Of a stretch of DNA of 32,000 bases, positions 18,666 through 29,158 are shown one piece after another (within the stretch, counting starts at the first letter, position 1; every line of letters begins with the position of its first letter). The stretch lies in assembly GCF_014280175.1 (NCBI RefSeq), contig NZ_CP047931.1, positions 1,350,001-1,382,000 of the forward strand. Direction: 5' to 3'. The notes under the pieces were generated by a model. That model searched no databases and had not been told where the DNA came from. It saw only the letters and a list, made by a program, of their open reading frames with translations. The position numbers were made by a program, and so were the translations under genes. The stretch comes from Synechococcus sp. A15-28 (GTDB lineage: Bacteria; Cyanobacteriota; Cyanobacteriia; PCC-6307; Cyanobiaceae).

Positions 18666-19117
18666 TCACCCACCACGTAGGGAGGCACAGGCAGCTCGGT
18701 GAACACCCCCGGCAGCATCAGACGCAGGGGCCGGTTGTTGCTGAGGTCATCCAGCAGTGGGTCAAGAGAGAATTCCGCTGCCGCCTCGCGGCCGTCGCTG
18801 GCCAGGGCTGGATTGGCCATGGTGATGTCGTCCAGCGCCCAGCTTCTGCGACCGGCCTCCACCTGCAGACTCACCGGATGGTCCAGCCGGAGTTTGCCGG
18901 GATAGCCAACGATGCGGAGCACCACGGGCTCACCGGGCTTGCCCTCGCGGTACGCCACCGCCTGCCAGCTGTCGTAATCCAGATCGCGAAGGCTCTCGAG
19001 GCTGCGCACCATCCGCGTGCCGTTCTCGGATTCATGTTCATGCACCTGGGCCCAGCCCTGGGGAGCCGCGATGAACAGCACCAGAACGGCGATCAAACAG
19101 CTGAGCAGTCGGCGCAT
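18632..19117 (-). CDS. DUF3122-like exported protein
   Basis: Signal peptide MRRLLSCLIAVLVLFIAAPQGWAQVHEHESENGTRMVRSLESLRDLDYDSWQAVAY. Confidence 0.75.
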   Translation of the reverse strand: MRRLLSCLIAVLVLFIAAPQGWAQVHEHESENGTRMVRSLESLRDLDYDSWQAVAYREGKPGEPVVLRIVGYPGKLRLDHPVSLQVEAGRRSWALDDITMANPALASDGREAAAEFSLDPLLDDLSNNRPLRLMLPGVFTELPVPPYVVGEWRSLQDLPLS

Positions 19118-19134
19118 TGTGGTTTGGCTGATCA

Positions 19135-20169
19135 GTGAATTCTCACAACCCAGCTTGGAATCCCGCGGAATTCTCCAATAATTCGCCTAGGGATTTGAAT
19201 TTTGCGTCCTCCGGACAACTCAGTGGAATCTTCAAGTCCCTCGGTTTTGGCTTCGAGGTCAGCCAGCTGAGTGCTGGTCCCCTCCAGGGCAAATTTCGAT
19301 TGACCGGCAGTGCCGTGTTGCCGTTGCTGTCGATCACAACCAACCGAACGCTGGTCGTTCAGGGCGATCACAGGCCAGGGGTGCTTCCCTTCTCGATCAA
19401 CGTTCGGGGGGAACATCCCCTGGTCAGGGGGGAAAAGGTGCATCAGCACAGCATCCACGGCTTTCAAAGCACCCTTCGGGATTCCTTCGTCGTCCTAACC
19501 CCGGGCTGCGAAATCCAGATGGCGATGGTTTCCAAGCAGCGGCTGGAACGGCTGGCGCTGGCCACCAACGAAGAACGGGCCCTGGATCGGATCCACGGCG
19601 TGAATTCAGCTGCTGTCAGTCCTCAATAATTTCAACGGCTCGTTGAACTCACCAAGCCGCAACATCACGACCCAATTCAGGCGGAGCTGGTCGAAGCCGA
19701 GCTGCTGGAGCTCTTGAGCGGCCGAAGCTTGAATCAGCTCAACAGCGGCGACCTGAGCCACCGCGCCGGGTTGATGAAGGACCTGATCGCCTGGGGGCAG
19801 GCCAACCCCACGGAAGTCATTTCCCTGGAAGACCTCAGCAGCACGATCTTCGCCTCGCGCTCATCGATTGTGCACAGCTGTCGCACCAGCTTCGGCATGG
19901 GCCCGATGACCGTGTTGAAGCAGATCCGGCTCGGTCAGGTTCAGGCGATGCTGATGAACCCGCAGCAGCGTGAATCGATGAAGTGCACCACGGTCCAGGC
20001 CGTGGCGAATCATTTCGGCTTCAGCAGTCGCAACCATTTCGCCCGCGACTACCGACAGTTGTTCGGTGAAGCGCCGAGCACAACGCTTCAACGCTCCACC
20101 ACACCCGGTATCCGCTCCCACGCGGTGTCGGTGGCCCACAAGCCCCAGATGGCCATGGCCCGCAGGTAG
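19135..20169 (+). pseudogene. AraC-family transcriptional regulator interrupted by a single in-frame TAA (19627-19629)
   Basis: ORF 19135-19629 and ORF 19714-20169 share a frame; the 28 codons between them are open. C-terminal HTH: LEDLSSTIFASRSSIVHSCRTSFGMGPMTVLKQIRLGQVQAMLM...VQAVANHFGFSSRNHFARDYRQLFGEAPSTTL. Confidence 0.75.
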
Positions 20170-22589
20170 TGGCAGGCCCGGAAGGTGTTCACAGCGGTGA
20201 TCGCTTCCGGGGTGCGGAACTGCAATCCGCCTGAGTACACCTGCTCCACCACGGCCGAGCAGATGGCCAAAGCCGTCTTGGTCTCACCCATCAACCGGTA
20301 ATAGCTGGCCAATCCGAAATTGATGCCTGTCCACACCTCCAGGGGGTGCGTGCCATCGGGATCCAGGGGAGTGCCATCGCGACGCAGACCGTTGGCCACT
20401 CCGAGGCGTCCAGACTCGAACCGCTCAAAACAGGCCTCTTTCACCGCCTTCAACGTGCTCAGAGCCCTGGCCTCACTGACCACCGGTGGCAGCCCCAGCA
20501 GACGGGCGTAAAAGTCACCGCATAGCTGATCAGCCATCACCACCGGCGTGCCGCTCTCAGCATCAATCTGGTAATACTCGCCGTTCCAGAGCAGGTCGTC
20601 GAAGTTGGTGCGGGATTGCTCCAGCCACGCACCGAAACGCCGCTGCTCCACCGCTGTGTCCAGGCCGAGGTCGAGCTGCAGCCGCTGAGCCATCGCCAGA
20701 GCCGCCTCCAGGGCAGCGATCCAGAGCGCGCCGCAATAGGCACTCACGCCCTTCAAGGGCCAGTCGTCGAAGGTCTGATCGGGGGCGCCGCCGTTGTCGG
20801 GGAGGCCGTCGTTGTTGACGTCGAATCGCTTGAGGTATTCGAGGGCCTGAACCGCAGCGGGCCAGCACTCGGCCAGGAAGCGCAGGTCCTCACCGGTGGG
20901 GGCGAGGCGGAAGGTGCGCCAAACCTGGAGCACGTAATCACTGGCCAGATCCTTCCAGAGATTGCAGTCCTGATAGGCGGTGTAGTTGGTGGCATCGAAG
21001 GGGCGTTCGTTGGGAGCTCCGAGGTCGTGTGGGGTCGCTCCCGCCACCTTGCGGTCGGCTTCCACCCGTCCACGGCCCTGGGTGAAGTACCAGCCGATCG
21101 GCCGCTGGCTGGCATCCGCAGCAGGGATGGCACGGGCAAAACTGCGCAGCACGGCCTTGTCGAGCTCCGGCCAGAGCTGCAGCAGGGCCAGTGAGCCGTA
21201 AAGGCGCACATCCAGACTTTCGTACCAGGCGTAGTCGAGGCACTCCAGAACGCCAAAGCGCCCGTGGGGATCTGCCGGAGACGCAGCCGTCCAGAGGCTG
21301 CCGCCACTGCAGAGGTCATAGAGCTCGTTGAACAACGCCATCCGCAGGGGCTCGGGCAGCTGCGTCCGTGCCAACACCGGCTGCTGCCAGGCCTCGATCT
21401 GCTCGCGCCACTGCCGCCAGTCGCGCAGGGCTTCCGCTGCGATGGCGGCCGCATTGCAACCCGAACTGCCGAAGAAGTCGGTGTAACGCCTCAGAGCGCT
21501 GCTGCCGCTGGCAAAGGCCGTGACCGGCAGATCCCAGCTGATCACCAGCGGAATCTCACGGTTGGCACCGGGAGGCAGGGTGAATTTCACAGCGATGGCG
21601 GCACTGGCCTGCTCGCCGGACCGGCTGGCGCGGTCGTTATCGCTGTCGGGGATCCGTCCATCGGCGGCGAAGGGGGTCCACAGCTCACCGCCATCACCAC
21701 TGGGATCCCAACGACTGCAACGCATCACCTGCGCCCCGTCCAGGTCATCCGGCAGAGCCAGGCACCACTGCCCCTCGCCTTCCGCCAGCGGCAGCGAGGA
21801 CTGACCCTCCAGCTGAACTCCGCTCAGTCCAGGCTGATCCACCTGGCGGTTGCGCTGTCCCTCGCCGCGACCGATGGCCGGGGCGTAATTGTGCTCCGGA
21901 CTGCCGTCATCGCGGAAATGGACCTCCGCGGTGGCATCGGTGTTGGTGAACCAACCCACGGTGTTGCGCCAGCTCAACAGCAGCGACAGCTCCAGCGGTT
22001 GATCGGTGGGGTTGCTGAACTGCCAGCGGAACACCGCCACCGGATAGCTGGTGCGCTGGTAGTCGCCGGGAAGGATGGGGCTGAAGGCCTCACACAACAC
22101 CCCGGCCCGGAAGACATCCTCGTGGTGGATCCAGCTGAGGGGGTAGCGGGCGGCGTAAGTGCCGGTGCTGCGATCCGGCCTGCTGGCGGGGTACCACTGC
22201 CAGGCGCTCAGGGGCGTGCCGCGGTTGGGGTCGGTGTCATCACGGTCCGGGGCCGTGGCCAGGGCATGGGCACGGACGCTCTCCCCCTGCCGCTCCCAGA
22301 GGGCGAACTGACAGTCGGGGATCGATCCGAACCAGTGCTCTCCTCCATCGAGGTTCCAGAGGTTGAAGGCACCACTGGGGGAGCGGCCAAGGCAGCCAGC
22401 ACCGAAGCCGCCGAGGGGCATGCCGTGGTCGGGGCCATCGTCGAGGTTGCTGGAGTACCGCACCGTGTAGGGCGATTCCCAGCCCAGGCCGAAGCGGCGG
22501 CTCCAGCTGGCCTCAGGTGGTTGCCATGGCGTTCTGTTGCCGCCACGACCCAGCAGAGAACGCAGAGCGGAGAGTCCGAAGCGGGCCAT
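20088..22589 (-). CDS. GH116 glucosylceramidase/beta-glucosidase-like protein (GBA2 type)
   Basis: MPLGGFGAGCLGRSPSGAFNLWNLDGGEH...; PLTAWQWYPASRP; CLEYLKRFDVNNDGLPDNGGAPDQTFDDWP-like; GLRRDGTPLDPDGTHPLEVWTGINFGLA. 833 aa. Confidence 0.92.
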   Translation of the reverse strand: MARFGLSALRSLLGRGGNRTPWQPPEASWSRRFGLGWESPYTVRYSSNLDDGPDHGMPLGGFGAGCLGRSPSGAFNLWNLDGGEHWFGSIPDCQFALWERQGESVRAHALATAPDRDDTDPNRGTPLSAWQWYPASRPDRSTGTYAARYPLSWIHHEDVFRAGVLCEAFSPILPGDYQRTSYPVAVFRWQFSNPTDQPLELSLLLSWRNTVGWFTNTDATAEVHFRDDGSPEHNYAPAIGRGEGQRNRQVDQPGLSGVQLEGQSSLPLAEGEGQWCLALPDDLDGAQVMRCSRWDPSGDGGELWTPFAADGRIPDSDNDRASRSGEQASAAIAVKFTLPPGANREIPLVISWDLPVTAFASGSSALRRYTDFFGSSGCNAAAIAAEALRDWRQWREQIEAWQQPVLARTQLPEPLRMALFNELYDLCSGGSLWTAASPADPHGRFGVLECLDYAWYESLDVRLYGSLALLQLWPELDKAVLRSFARAIPAADASQRPIGWYFTQGRGRVEADRKVAGATPHDLGAPNERPFDATNYTAYQDCNLWKDLASDYVLQVWRTFRLAPTGEDLRFLAECWPAAVQALEYLKRFDVNNDGLPDNGGAPDQTFDDWPLKGVSAYCGALWIAALEAALAMAQRLQLDLGLDTAVEQRRFGAWLEQSRTNFDDLLWNGEYYQIDAESGTPVVMADQLCGDFYARLLGLPPVVSEARALSTLKAVKEACFERFESGRLGVANGLRRDGTPLDPDGTHPLEVWTGINFGLASYYRLMGETKTALAICSAVVEQVYSGGLQFRTPEAITAVNTFRACHYLRAMAIWGLWATDTAWERIPGVVER

Positions 22590-22630
22590 GCAGCGTGGGC
22601 AGTCGCCCCAGATTGCCAGGTTTCACCGGG

Positions 22631-22876
22631 TCAGCCAGCGCTGAAATCAGGTGGACTGTCCTCGGCATCCAGCAACGCATCCAGGGTGACCGCCGTTCGC
22701 ACCAACGCCTGGTAACGCTGCAGCGTGCGGCGGTTCTGATCCAGCCAACGCCCCGGAGCCATACCTCCCTCCAGTTGGGGATGCTCACTGTCCATCAGCG
22801 GCAGGTCCTCCTCCCGGGCAATCAGGGCCAGCAGCAGGTCATGCAGGCGTTGACGGCGCTCACTGGAGGGGCTCAT
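22631..22876 (-). CDS. Hypothetical small protein
   Basis: 81 aa, 4-bp overlap with the upstream sulfotransferase ORF. Confidence 0.55.
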   Translation of the reverse strand: MSPSSERRQRLHDLLLALIAREEDLPLMDSEHPQLEGGMAPGRWLDQNRRTLQRYQALVRTAVTLDALLDAEDSPPDFSAG

Positions 22877-23946
22877 GTCGGCTTGACGAGAGACTGAAGG
22901 CGACGCTCCGCCGGCTGTGGGAGGCGCACCGGATCAGCGGAATAGGAGCGAGCCTGATCGATGCGGGCCTTGATCGGCGCCTTCGCCACAGCCCAGCTGC
23001 TCAACCCGAAACGGGTGTAGATGCGCTCCACAGCCTGAAGCGGTTGATGGATGAGGTCGTCGTAGTCCAGCTCCAACAACTGTTGATCTGGAATCAGATG
23101 TCGTGAGGTCTCAAATGCTTCCAGCAACTCCCGTTGGGCCGTCACGGTCTCCTCCACCTGGGTGCCTTGATCGGGCACGGGCTGCAGCCCCACCAACGTG
23201 CCCAACCGTTGCTTCACCTGCACCAACGAGCGAATCGAATCGACCGGAGTCCGGGGCAGCACCACGAACCGGGCCCGGGGGAAATGCCGCAGCACCAGGC
23301 TCACCCGGGCGGTGTGCACGGAATTCTTGATCAGCCAGTGGGTTTTGCCGGCACCGTCATGGAGCCAGGTAAGCCGGCAGAACTGCAACCACTGCCGCTC
23401 GTAGGCCCTGGTGGTGACCAACACATGGCGGCGGAAATTGGCGAGATAGTTCCGCGGAAATGCCATTCCGGCCATGTTGGTGTCGAAGGTGAGGCGTGCC
23501 AGGCCGAGTTCATCCTCCTGGGGGTCATCCGGGCCCCAGGGAACCGCGTCGATCGGCCGGGTCCGGGTCATCCAGGTCTTCAGCACAGGGGCGATCCAGG
23601 GCTTGAGCAGCAACGCCACCTGGGGGGCGATCGTCAGCGTGTTGCGGGCTGTCGCCACGGCGGGATCGCAGGCCAGCAGCTGATGCAGATAGGTGGTGCC
23701 ACTGCGCCAGTGACCGATCACCACGATCAGATCATCCGGCAGCTGCAGCCGCCGCAAGCGCCGAGCGAACAGCAACGACTGCAGCCAGGCCAGCGGCTCC
23801 ACCAGCAGTCCGCTGAGACCCACCAGCACACTGACTCGCCAACGGGCGAGAGAGGGACGGCAGCACTGCAGGCCGCGCCACAACACCCCTGGACGGATGA
23901 ACCCCGTCGCCACCAAACGATCAACCAACAGCTCAGCCCGTGCCAT
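22873..23946 (-). CDS. Sulfotransferase family protein
   Basis: IGHWRSGTTYLHQLLACDPAVATA (PAPS-binding loop) and RFVVLPRTPVDSIRSLVQVKQRLG; 357 aa. Confidence 0.9.
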   Translation of the reverse strand: MARAELLVDRLVATGFIRPGVLWRGLQCCRPSLARWRVSVLVGLSGLLVEPLAWLQSLLFARRLRRLQLPDDLIVVIGHWRSGTTYLHQLLACDPAVATARNTLTIAPQVALLLKPWIAPVLKTWMTRTRPIDAVPWGPDDPQEDELGLARLTFDTNMAGMAFPRNYLANFRRHVLVTTRAYERQWLQFCRLTWLHDGAGKTHWLIKNSVHTARVSLVLRHFPRARFVVLPRTPVDSIRSLVQVKQRLGTLVGLQPVPDQGTQVEETVTAQRELLEAFETSRHLIPDQQLLELDYDDLIHQPLQAVERIYTRFGLSSWAVAKAPIKARIDQARSYSADPVRLPQPAERRLQSLVKPT

Positions 23947-23979
23947 GGCTTGAGGAGCTCAGGCCTCCAGAATGCCGCA

Positions 23980-25233
23980 ATGATCGATGTGATCGGCACC
24001 GACGCAGGGGCACCGGCCTCGCTGCCCACGGCGCAGCAAGCCTTGATCCGAGCTGCCGATCGGATCGCCGCACCGCGTCGCCTCCATCCGGCGATTGAAA
24101 CGTGGCTCGACCGCCCGGTGTCGTTCGTGGACAGCGACGATCCCCGCCATCTGGTGGAGGCTCTCCGCTCTCTGCCAGATCAAGACAACGTGGTGGTGCT
24201 GGCCAGCGGCGACCCGCTCTGGTTCGGCATTGGCCGCATCCTGACGGACCGCCTCGGACCGGAGCGGCTGCGCTTTCACCCCGCCCCCACCTCTCTGCAA
24301 CTGGCCTTTGCCCGGATCGGTCGTCCCTGGCAGGACGCCCGCTGGGTGAGCCTGCATGGCCGCGATCCCGAACCGTTGGCCCGGGAACTGCAGAAGCGGC
24401 CCAGGGCCCTGGCGGTGCTCACCGATCCCGGGCGCGGCGGCGCCGACACCGTGCGCCGCTGCCTGCGCAGCAGCGGGTTGGAGGCCAGCTATCAACTCTG
24501 GCTTGGGGAAAACCTGGGCCATGCCGACGAACGGATGCGGCGGATCCCCGCTGATGCCCCGCTGCCGGAGCCACTGCAGCCCTTGCTGGTGGCACTGCTG
24601 ATCGCCGATGAGCCCTCCGTTCCAAGCGGCCGAGCGCTGCCGTTGTTCGGCCTGGAGGATGGTTTGTATCTCCAGCACCCGGATCACCCCGGTCTGATGA
24701 CCAAGCGGGAGGCACGCATCCAGTTGCTGGCGGATCTGGAGCTCCCGGATCAGGGGGTGCTCTGGGATCTCGGCGCCGGCACCGGCAGCATCGGCCTCGA
24801 GGCCCTTCGCTTGCGTCCCCAGCTCAAACTGCTGGCGGTGGAGCGCCGGGCCGGAGGGGCTGCGCTGATCCAGGCCAACGCCGCGCGGCTTGCGGTGAAG
24901 CCCAGTGCCGTGCTGGAAACGGATGCGCTGCAGCTGCTGGCGGGCGATCTGCCGGACGGCCTGGCCCAGCCGGATCGGGTGCTGCTGGGGGGCGGGGGCC
25001 CCAATCGAGAGGCGCTGCTCAGGGCCGTGCTGCAACGGATGCGGCCGTCAGGGGTCGTGGTGATTCCCCTGGCGACCGTTGAGGCCTTGGCCCCCTTGCG
25101 GCCGCTGCTGGAACAGGCAGGCCTGACGGTTCAGGTGAATCAATTGCAAGCCTGGCGTGGCCAACCCCTCAGCGATGGCACCCGCCTGGCACCGATGAAC
25201 CCGATCCTGGCCCTAAAAGGTACGAAATCGTGA
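23980..25233 (+). CDS. cobL: Precorrin-6Y C5,15-methyltransferase (decarboxylating), CbiE+CbiT fusion
   Basis: MIDVIGTDAG...VVVLASGDPLWFGIGRIL...and C-terminal SAM domain LWDLGAGTGSIGLEAL; start at internal ATG 23980. Confidence 0.92.
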   Translation: MIDVIGTDAGAPASLPTAQQALIRAADRIAAPRRLHPAIETWLDRPVSFVDSDDPRHLVEALRSLPDQDNVVVLASGDPLWFGIGRILTDRLGPERLRFHPAPTSLQLAFARIGRPWQDARWVSLHGRDPEPLARELQKRPRALAVLTDPGRGGADTVRRCLRSSGLEASYQLWLGENLGHADERMRRIPADAPLPEPLQPLLVALLIADEPSVPSGRALPLFGLEDGLYLQHPDHPGLMTKREARIQLLADLELPDQGVLWDLGAGTGSIGLEALRLRPQLKLLAVERRAGGAALIQANAARLAVKPSAVLETDALQLLAGDLPDGLAQPDRVLLGGGGPNREALLRAVLQRMRPSGVVVIPLATVEALAPLRPLLEQAGLTVQVNQLQAWRGQPLSDGTRLAPMNPILALKGTKS

Positions 25234-25246
25234 ATATATTTAGTGG

Positions 25247-25654
25247 TTATTGTGACGATATCGTCTCAATCGTCACCGTGTCGCCGGGGCGAATCCCCAG
25301 GCGACGGGCCTCGCCAGCCCGCAACTCCACCACCCCGTCACTGTTTTCCTTGGGGCCATAGCTGGGGCAGGGCAGCTTCGGACAAACGGGAACATCATCC
25401 GCAATGGCCATCACCCGATTGTCCCGCAGAAAGAGCATGTCCAGCGGCGCCAGGGTGTTGAACATCCAGAAGCTCAGGGGCCTGGGGCGATCAAAGGGAA
25501 ACCACATGCCCCGCAGTGGGGGCAAGGCCGGTCGCTGCATCAGACCGATCTGCTGCTGCAGCGGGGTGCGGGCCACCTCCAAAGCGATGCAACGTCGATC
25601 CTCGAGGCACCATCGGGCGGTGACGGGCAGCTGCTGTGGTGCCGGCAGATCCAT
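25247..25654 (-). CDS. DUF192 family protein
   Basis: IALEVARTPLQQQIGLMQRPALPPLRGMWFPFDRPRPLSFWMFNTLAPLDMLFL; start at internal ATG 25652-25654. Confidence 0.88.
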   Translation of the reverse strand: MDLPAPQQLPVTARWCLEDRRCIALEVARTPLQQQIGLMQRPALPPLRGMWFPFDRPRPLSFWMFNTLAPLDMLFLRDNRVMAIADDVPVCPKLPCPSYGPKENSDGVVELRAGEARRLGIRPGDTVTIETISSQ

Positions 25655-25656
25655 GC

Positions 25657-26334
25657 TCACCCCTCCCCAGCCACGGGGCCGAGGCTGTAACCGCGACCGC
25701 GCACCGTCAACAACAACCGCGATTCCCCGCCGGCCTCCAGCTTCTGGCGCAGGTATCGCACGTACACCTCCACCACATTGCTGCTGGCCCCCTCGTCCTG
25801 CCAAACCTCGCGCAGCAGTTGCTCACGGCTGAACACCCGTCCCGGTGAGCGCATCAGCACCAACAGCAGGGCAAACTCGCGGGCCGTGAGGGCCACGGTG
25901 CGGCCGCCCCGGCGCACCTGACGGGTGGCGGGATCCAGGCTGAGATCCCCCAGCTCCATCAGAGTCGGCCGTTGACCCAGGCGGGTCTGCACGGTGCGGT
26001 GCAGACGCAACCGCAGCAGCAGATCGCTGGGGCCAACGGACGACAGCCAGAAGTCATCGGCCCCGGCACAGAGGCAGGCCGCCCGGGCATCGACACTGTC
26101 CTGCTCCAGGTCCAGAAGGATCGGCATGGCCCCGAAGCGCTGACGCAGGTCGCGCACCCTGGAGGCCTGATCAGCCGCGAGCACCGCAGCGAGTGGCTCC
26201 TCACCCATCTGCACCTGGCTCGATGCCACCCCGGCACTGAGCCAATCAATGGAGCTGTAGCCCGATGCCGCCAGCCTTGGAGCCAGGGCTACTGCTGAGG
26301 CTCCCACCAGGAGCAGTAGCGGCTCAGCGCTCAT
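25657..26334 (-). CDS. OmpR/PhoB-family response regulator with degenerate receiver
   Basis: C-terminal winged helix: [30 protein letters not shown]...[15 protein letters not shown]...[11 protein letters not shown]. Receiver lacks canonical residues. Confidence 0.88.
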   Translation of the reverse strand: MSAEPLLLLVGASAVALAPRLAASGYSSIDWLSAGVASSQVQMGEEPLAAVLAADQASRVRDLRQRFGAMPILLDLEQDSVDARAACLCAGADDFWLSSVGPSDLLLRLRLHRTVQTRLGQRPTLMELGDLSLDPATRQVRRGGRTVALTAREFALLLVLMRSPGRVFSREQLLREVWQDEGASSNVVEVYVRYLRQKLEAGGESRLLLTVRGRGYSLGPVAGEG

Positions 26335-27239
26335 CCCTTGTCCGGCTTGGCGATGTGGGGCAGGCCCCAGCCCAGCTTGTTGCGCAACACCTGGAAGAAT
26401 TCGTGGTCCACCAACCGCACGAAACGCACCGGGTGTTCACTGCGGCGGATCAGAACGCGGTCTTCAGGCCAGACATAGCAACCGGCACTGCCATCCACCA
26501 CCATCATCAGCCGTTCCGGTGTCGCCGGGAACACGGTTACCGGTTCACGGTCGCTGAACACCAGGGCGCGGGAAGCCAGGGAATGGGGGGCGATCGGCGT
26601 CAGCTGCAGCACCGGACAATCCGGTGAAATCACAGGGCCACCGGCACTGAGGGCATAGGCGGTCGAGCCGGTGGGGGTGGAGAGAATTACTCCATCGGCG
26701 GCAATGTCCACCGGTGCATGACGGCCGATGGCGATCTCGAAATGGCACATGCTCGTGAGCGGCTCGCGGTGCAGAGCCATTTCGTTGAGGGACAGCGCCT
26801 CCCAGCGCCGCTGATCACCACGCATCACACTCACCACCAGGTTGCTGCGTTCCTCGATCGTCCATTGCTGGGTCAGCACCACCTCCAGAGCGCGATCCAG
26901 ATCGCCGAGATAAGCCTCTGCCAGAAAACCGAGGTGACCGGTATTGATGGTGAGGATCGGAACCCCAACCGGTGCGGTCTGCCGCGCTGCCGACAGCACC
27001 GTGCCATCGCCCCCCAGCACGATCGCCAGGGCCATGCTGCTGTTGAACCCTTCTGGGACACAGGCGCTGTAGCCCAACAAACGCAGATGCTGATCCGGAT
27101 TGGCGAAACCCACCATGCCGCCGGAACTGCTGGCGCGAACCACCTCGTGGCCAGCAACCTCCAGACGCTGCTGAATCGTGTCCGCGGTCTGAACCGCCAG
27201 CGACTTGCCGTCGTTCACGATCAGTCCGATCCGGGGCAC
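26331..27239 (-). CDS. nadK: NAD kinase
   Basis: [14 protein letters not shown]; [19 protein letters not shown]; 302 aa. Confidence 0.95.
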   Translation of the reverse strand: MPRIGLIVNDGKSLAVQTADTIQQRLEVAGHEVVRASSSGGMVGFANPDQHLRLLGYSACVPEGFNSSMALAIVLGGDGTVLSAARQTAPVGVPILTINTGHLGFLAEAYLGDLDRALEVVLTQQWTIEERSNLVVSVMRGDQRRWEALSLNEMALHREPLTSMCHFEIAIGRHAPVDIAADGVILSTPTGSTAYALSAGGPVISPDCPVLQLTPIAPHSLASRALVFSDREPVTVFPATPERLMMVVDGSAGCYVWPEDRVLIRRSEHPVRFVRLVDHEFFQVLRNKLGWGLPHIAKPDKG

Positions 27240-27277
27240 TGACCGCTGTCGCTAAGGGCTTGATCAGCTTATGGGAG

Positions 27278-28285
27278 TCAGAACTGTTCGAGGAAGCGCA
27301 GATCGCTTGTGTAAAGACGGCGGATGTCGTCGATGCCATGGCGCACCATGCAGAACCGCTCCACTCCAAGGCCAGCGGCAAAACCGCTGTAGCGCTCGGG
27401 ATCGAGGCCCAGCCCTTCCAGAACGGCGGGATCAACCATGCCGCAGCCCATCACCTCCAGCCAACGCCCCCGCCACTGCACATCCACCTCGGCTGAGGGC
27501 TCGGTAAAGGGGAAGTAACTGGCCCGGAAGCGAACCGGCAGGTCACCGAAGAACGCCTTGAGGAAGGCCATCACCGTGCCCCGCAGGTGGCTGAAATCGA
27601 GCCCTTCATCAATGGCCAGCACCTCCACCTGATGGAACACCGGCGAATGGGTGGCATCGACGGCATCGCGGCGATAGACCCGTCCGGGGGCGACGATGCG
27701 CACCGGCGGTGGGTTCTGTTCCAGATGGCGGATCTGCACCGGTGAGGTGTGGGTGCGCAGCAGCAGATCACCCTGCAGATAGAAGGTGTCCTGCATGTCC
27801 CGGGCCGGATGGTCCTCGGGAATGTTCAGGGCCGTGAAGTTGTAGTGGTCCTTCTCCACCTCGGGCCCTTCGGCAACGCTGTAGCCGAGGCCGAGGAACA
27901 GATCGACGATCTCCTCGGTGGTGGTGATCAAGGGGTGCCGGTGCCCCATGGGGGTACCAGAGGCAGGGGCCGTCACATCGATGCTCTCGCGGGCGATCCG
28001 CTCCGCCATCGCCGCCTGCTTCACCGCGGCAAGGCGTTCCGCCAGCAGGGTCTGCACCTGGGTCTTGAGCACGTTGGCCCGCTGACCCACCAGCGGGCGT
28101 TCATTGCCCGGCAGCTTGCCCATGGCCCCGAGCACTCCCGAGATCCGTCCCTTCTTGCCCAGCAGACCCACCCGCAGCTGCTCGAGGGCCGCGGCATCGG
28201 CGGCCTCGGAGATTTCGGCTGTGGCCTGCTGTTCGAGCGCATCCAGCTGATCGGTGAGCTGCTGCAGGGTGACCGGGGCGCTCAC
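27278..28285 (-). CDS. pheS: Phenylalanine--tRNA ligase alpha subunit
   Basis: [30 protein letters not shown]...HTSPVQIR...[36 protein letters not shown]; GTG start at 28283-28285 ([10 protein letters not shown]); the longer track ORF is antisense to surE. Confidence 0.95.
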   Translation of the reverse strand: MSAPVTLQQLTDQLDALEQQATAEISEAADAAALEQLRVGLLGKKGRISGVLGAMGKLPGNERPLVGQRANVLKTQVQTLLAERLAAVKQAAMAERIARESIDVTAPASGTPMGHRHPLITTTEEIVDLFLGLGYSVAEGPEVEKDHYNFTALNIPEDHPARDMQDTFYLQGDLLLRTHTSPVQIRHLEQNPPPVRIVAPGRVYRRDAVDATHSPVFHQVEVLAIDEGLDFSHLRGTVMAFLKAFFGDLPVRFRASYFPFTEPSAEVDVQWRGRWLEVMGCGMVDPAVLEGLGLDPERYSGFAAGLGVERFCMVRHGIDDIRRLYTSDLRFLEQF

Positions 28286-28357
28286 GGGCCTGTGGCGAAA
28301 GGCAGCCGACTGTAAGCAGCCAGCCCGCTTAGGTTCCCCCCACCCACCAGCCAAGCC

Positions 28358-29158
28358 ATGCGGGTCCTGATCAGCAATGACGACGGCGTCTTCGCCGAAG
28401 GCATCCGTACCCTGGCGGCGGCGGCCGTCGCCCGCGGCCATGAGGTCACCGTGGTCTGCCCGGACCAGGAGCGCTCCGCCACAGGCCATGGCCTCACCCT
28501 GCAGACTCCCATCCGCGCGGAACGGGCCGATGAGTTGTTTGTCCCCGGCGTGACCGCCTGGGCCTGTTCCGGTACGCCGGCGGACTGCATGAAGTTGGCC
28601 CTGTTCGAACTGGTGAAGCAAAAACCCGATCTGGTGCTGTCCGGCATCAACCACGGCCCGAACCTGGGCACAGATGTGTTCTGCTCCGGCACCGTCGCCG
28701 CAGCGATGGAGGGAACCCTCGAGGGAATTCCTTCCATGGCGATCAGCAGCGCCTGTTTCCAGTGGCGTCAGTTCCAGGCCGGCGCTGAACTGGCGGTCGA
28801 CGTCGCCGAACAGGCCCTGGCTGATCAATGGCCGGACAATCTGCTGCTCAACCTCAACATTCCCCCCTGCGACCGGGACGCCATGGGGCCGCTGCGCTGG
28901 ACCCGCCTCTCGATCCGCCGTTACGACGAGCAGTTCAGTTCCCGAGTGGACCCCCGGGGTCGGGCCTACTACTGGCTGGCCGGGGAGGTGGTGAACGACC
29001 TGGAGTCCGCCGGTGAAGGTCCGCGGGACTGGCCCAGCGACGTGGCGCAGATCCACAACAACTGCCCATCGCTGACCCCGATCCAACCCGATCTGTTCTG
29101 GCGCGGATCCCTGAGTGGACTGCCGCAGCTGAAGCTGAAGGATCAGCTGGTGCGATAG
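28358..29158 (+). CDS. surE: 5'/3'-nucleotidase SurE
   Basis: [20 protein letters not shown]...[16 protein letters not shown]; 266 aa. Confidence 0.95.
   Translation: MRVLISNDDGVFAEGIRTLAAAAVARGHEVTVVCPDQERSATGHGLTLQTPIRAERADELFVPGVTAWACSGTPADCMKLALFELVKQKPDLVLSGINHGPNLGTDVFCSGTVAAAMEGTLEGIPSMAISSACFQWRQFQAGAELAVDVAEQALADQWPDNLLLNLNIPPCDRDAMGPLRWTRLSIRRYDEQFSSRVDPRGRAYYWLAGEVVNDLESAGEGPRDWPSDVAQIHNNCPSLTPIQPDLFWRGSLSGLPQLKLKDQLVR

Noticed and set aside
21264-22715. 483-aa plus-strand ORF antisense to the GH116 gene
   Set aside because: No recognisable domain, and the opposite strand encodes a convincing GH116 protein.
23134-23979. N-terminal extension of the 699-aa ORF containing cobL
   Set aside because: It is antisense to the sulfotransferase; CobL homology starts at MIDVIGTDAG (23980).
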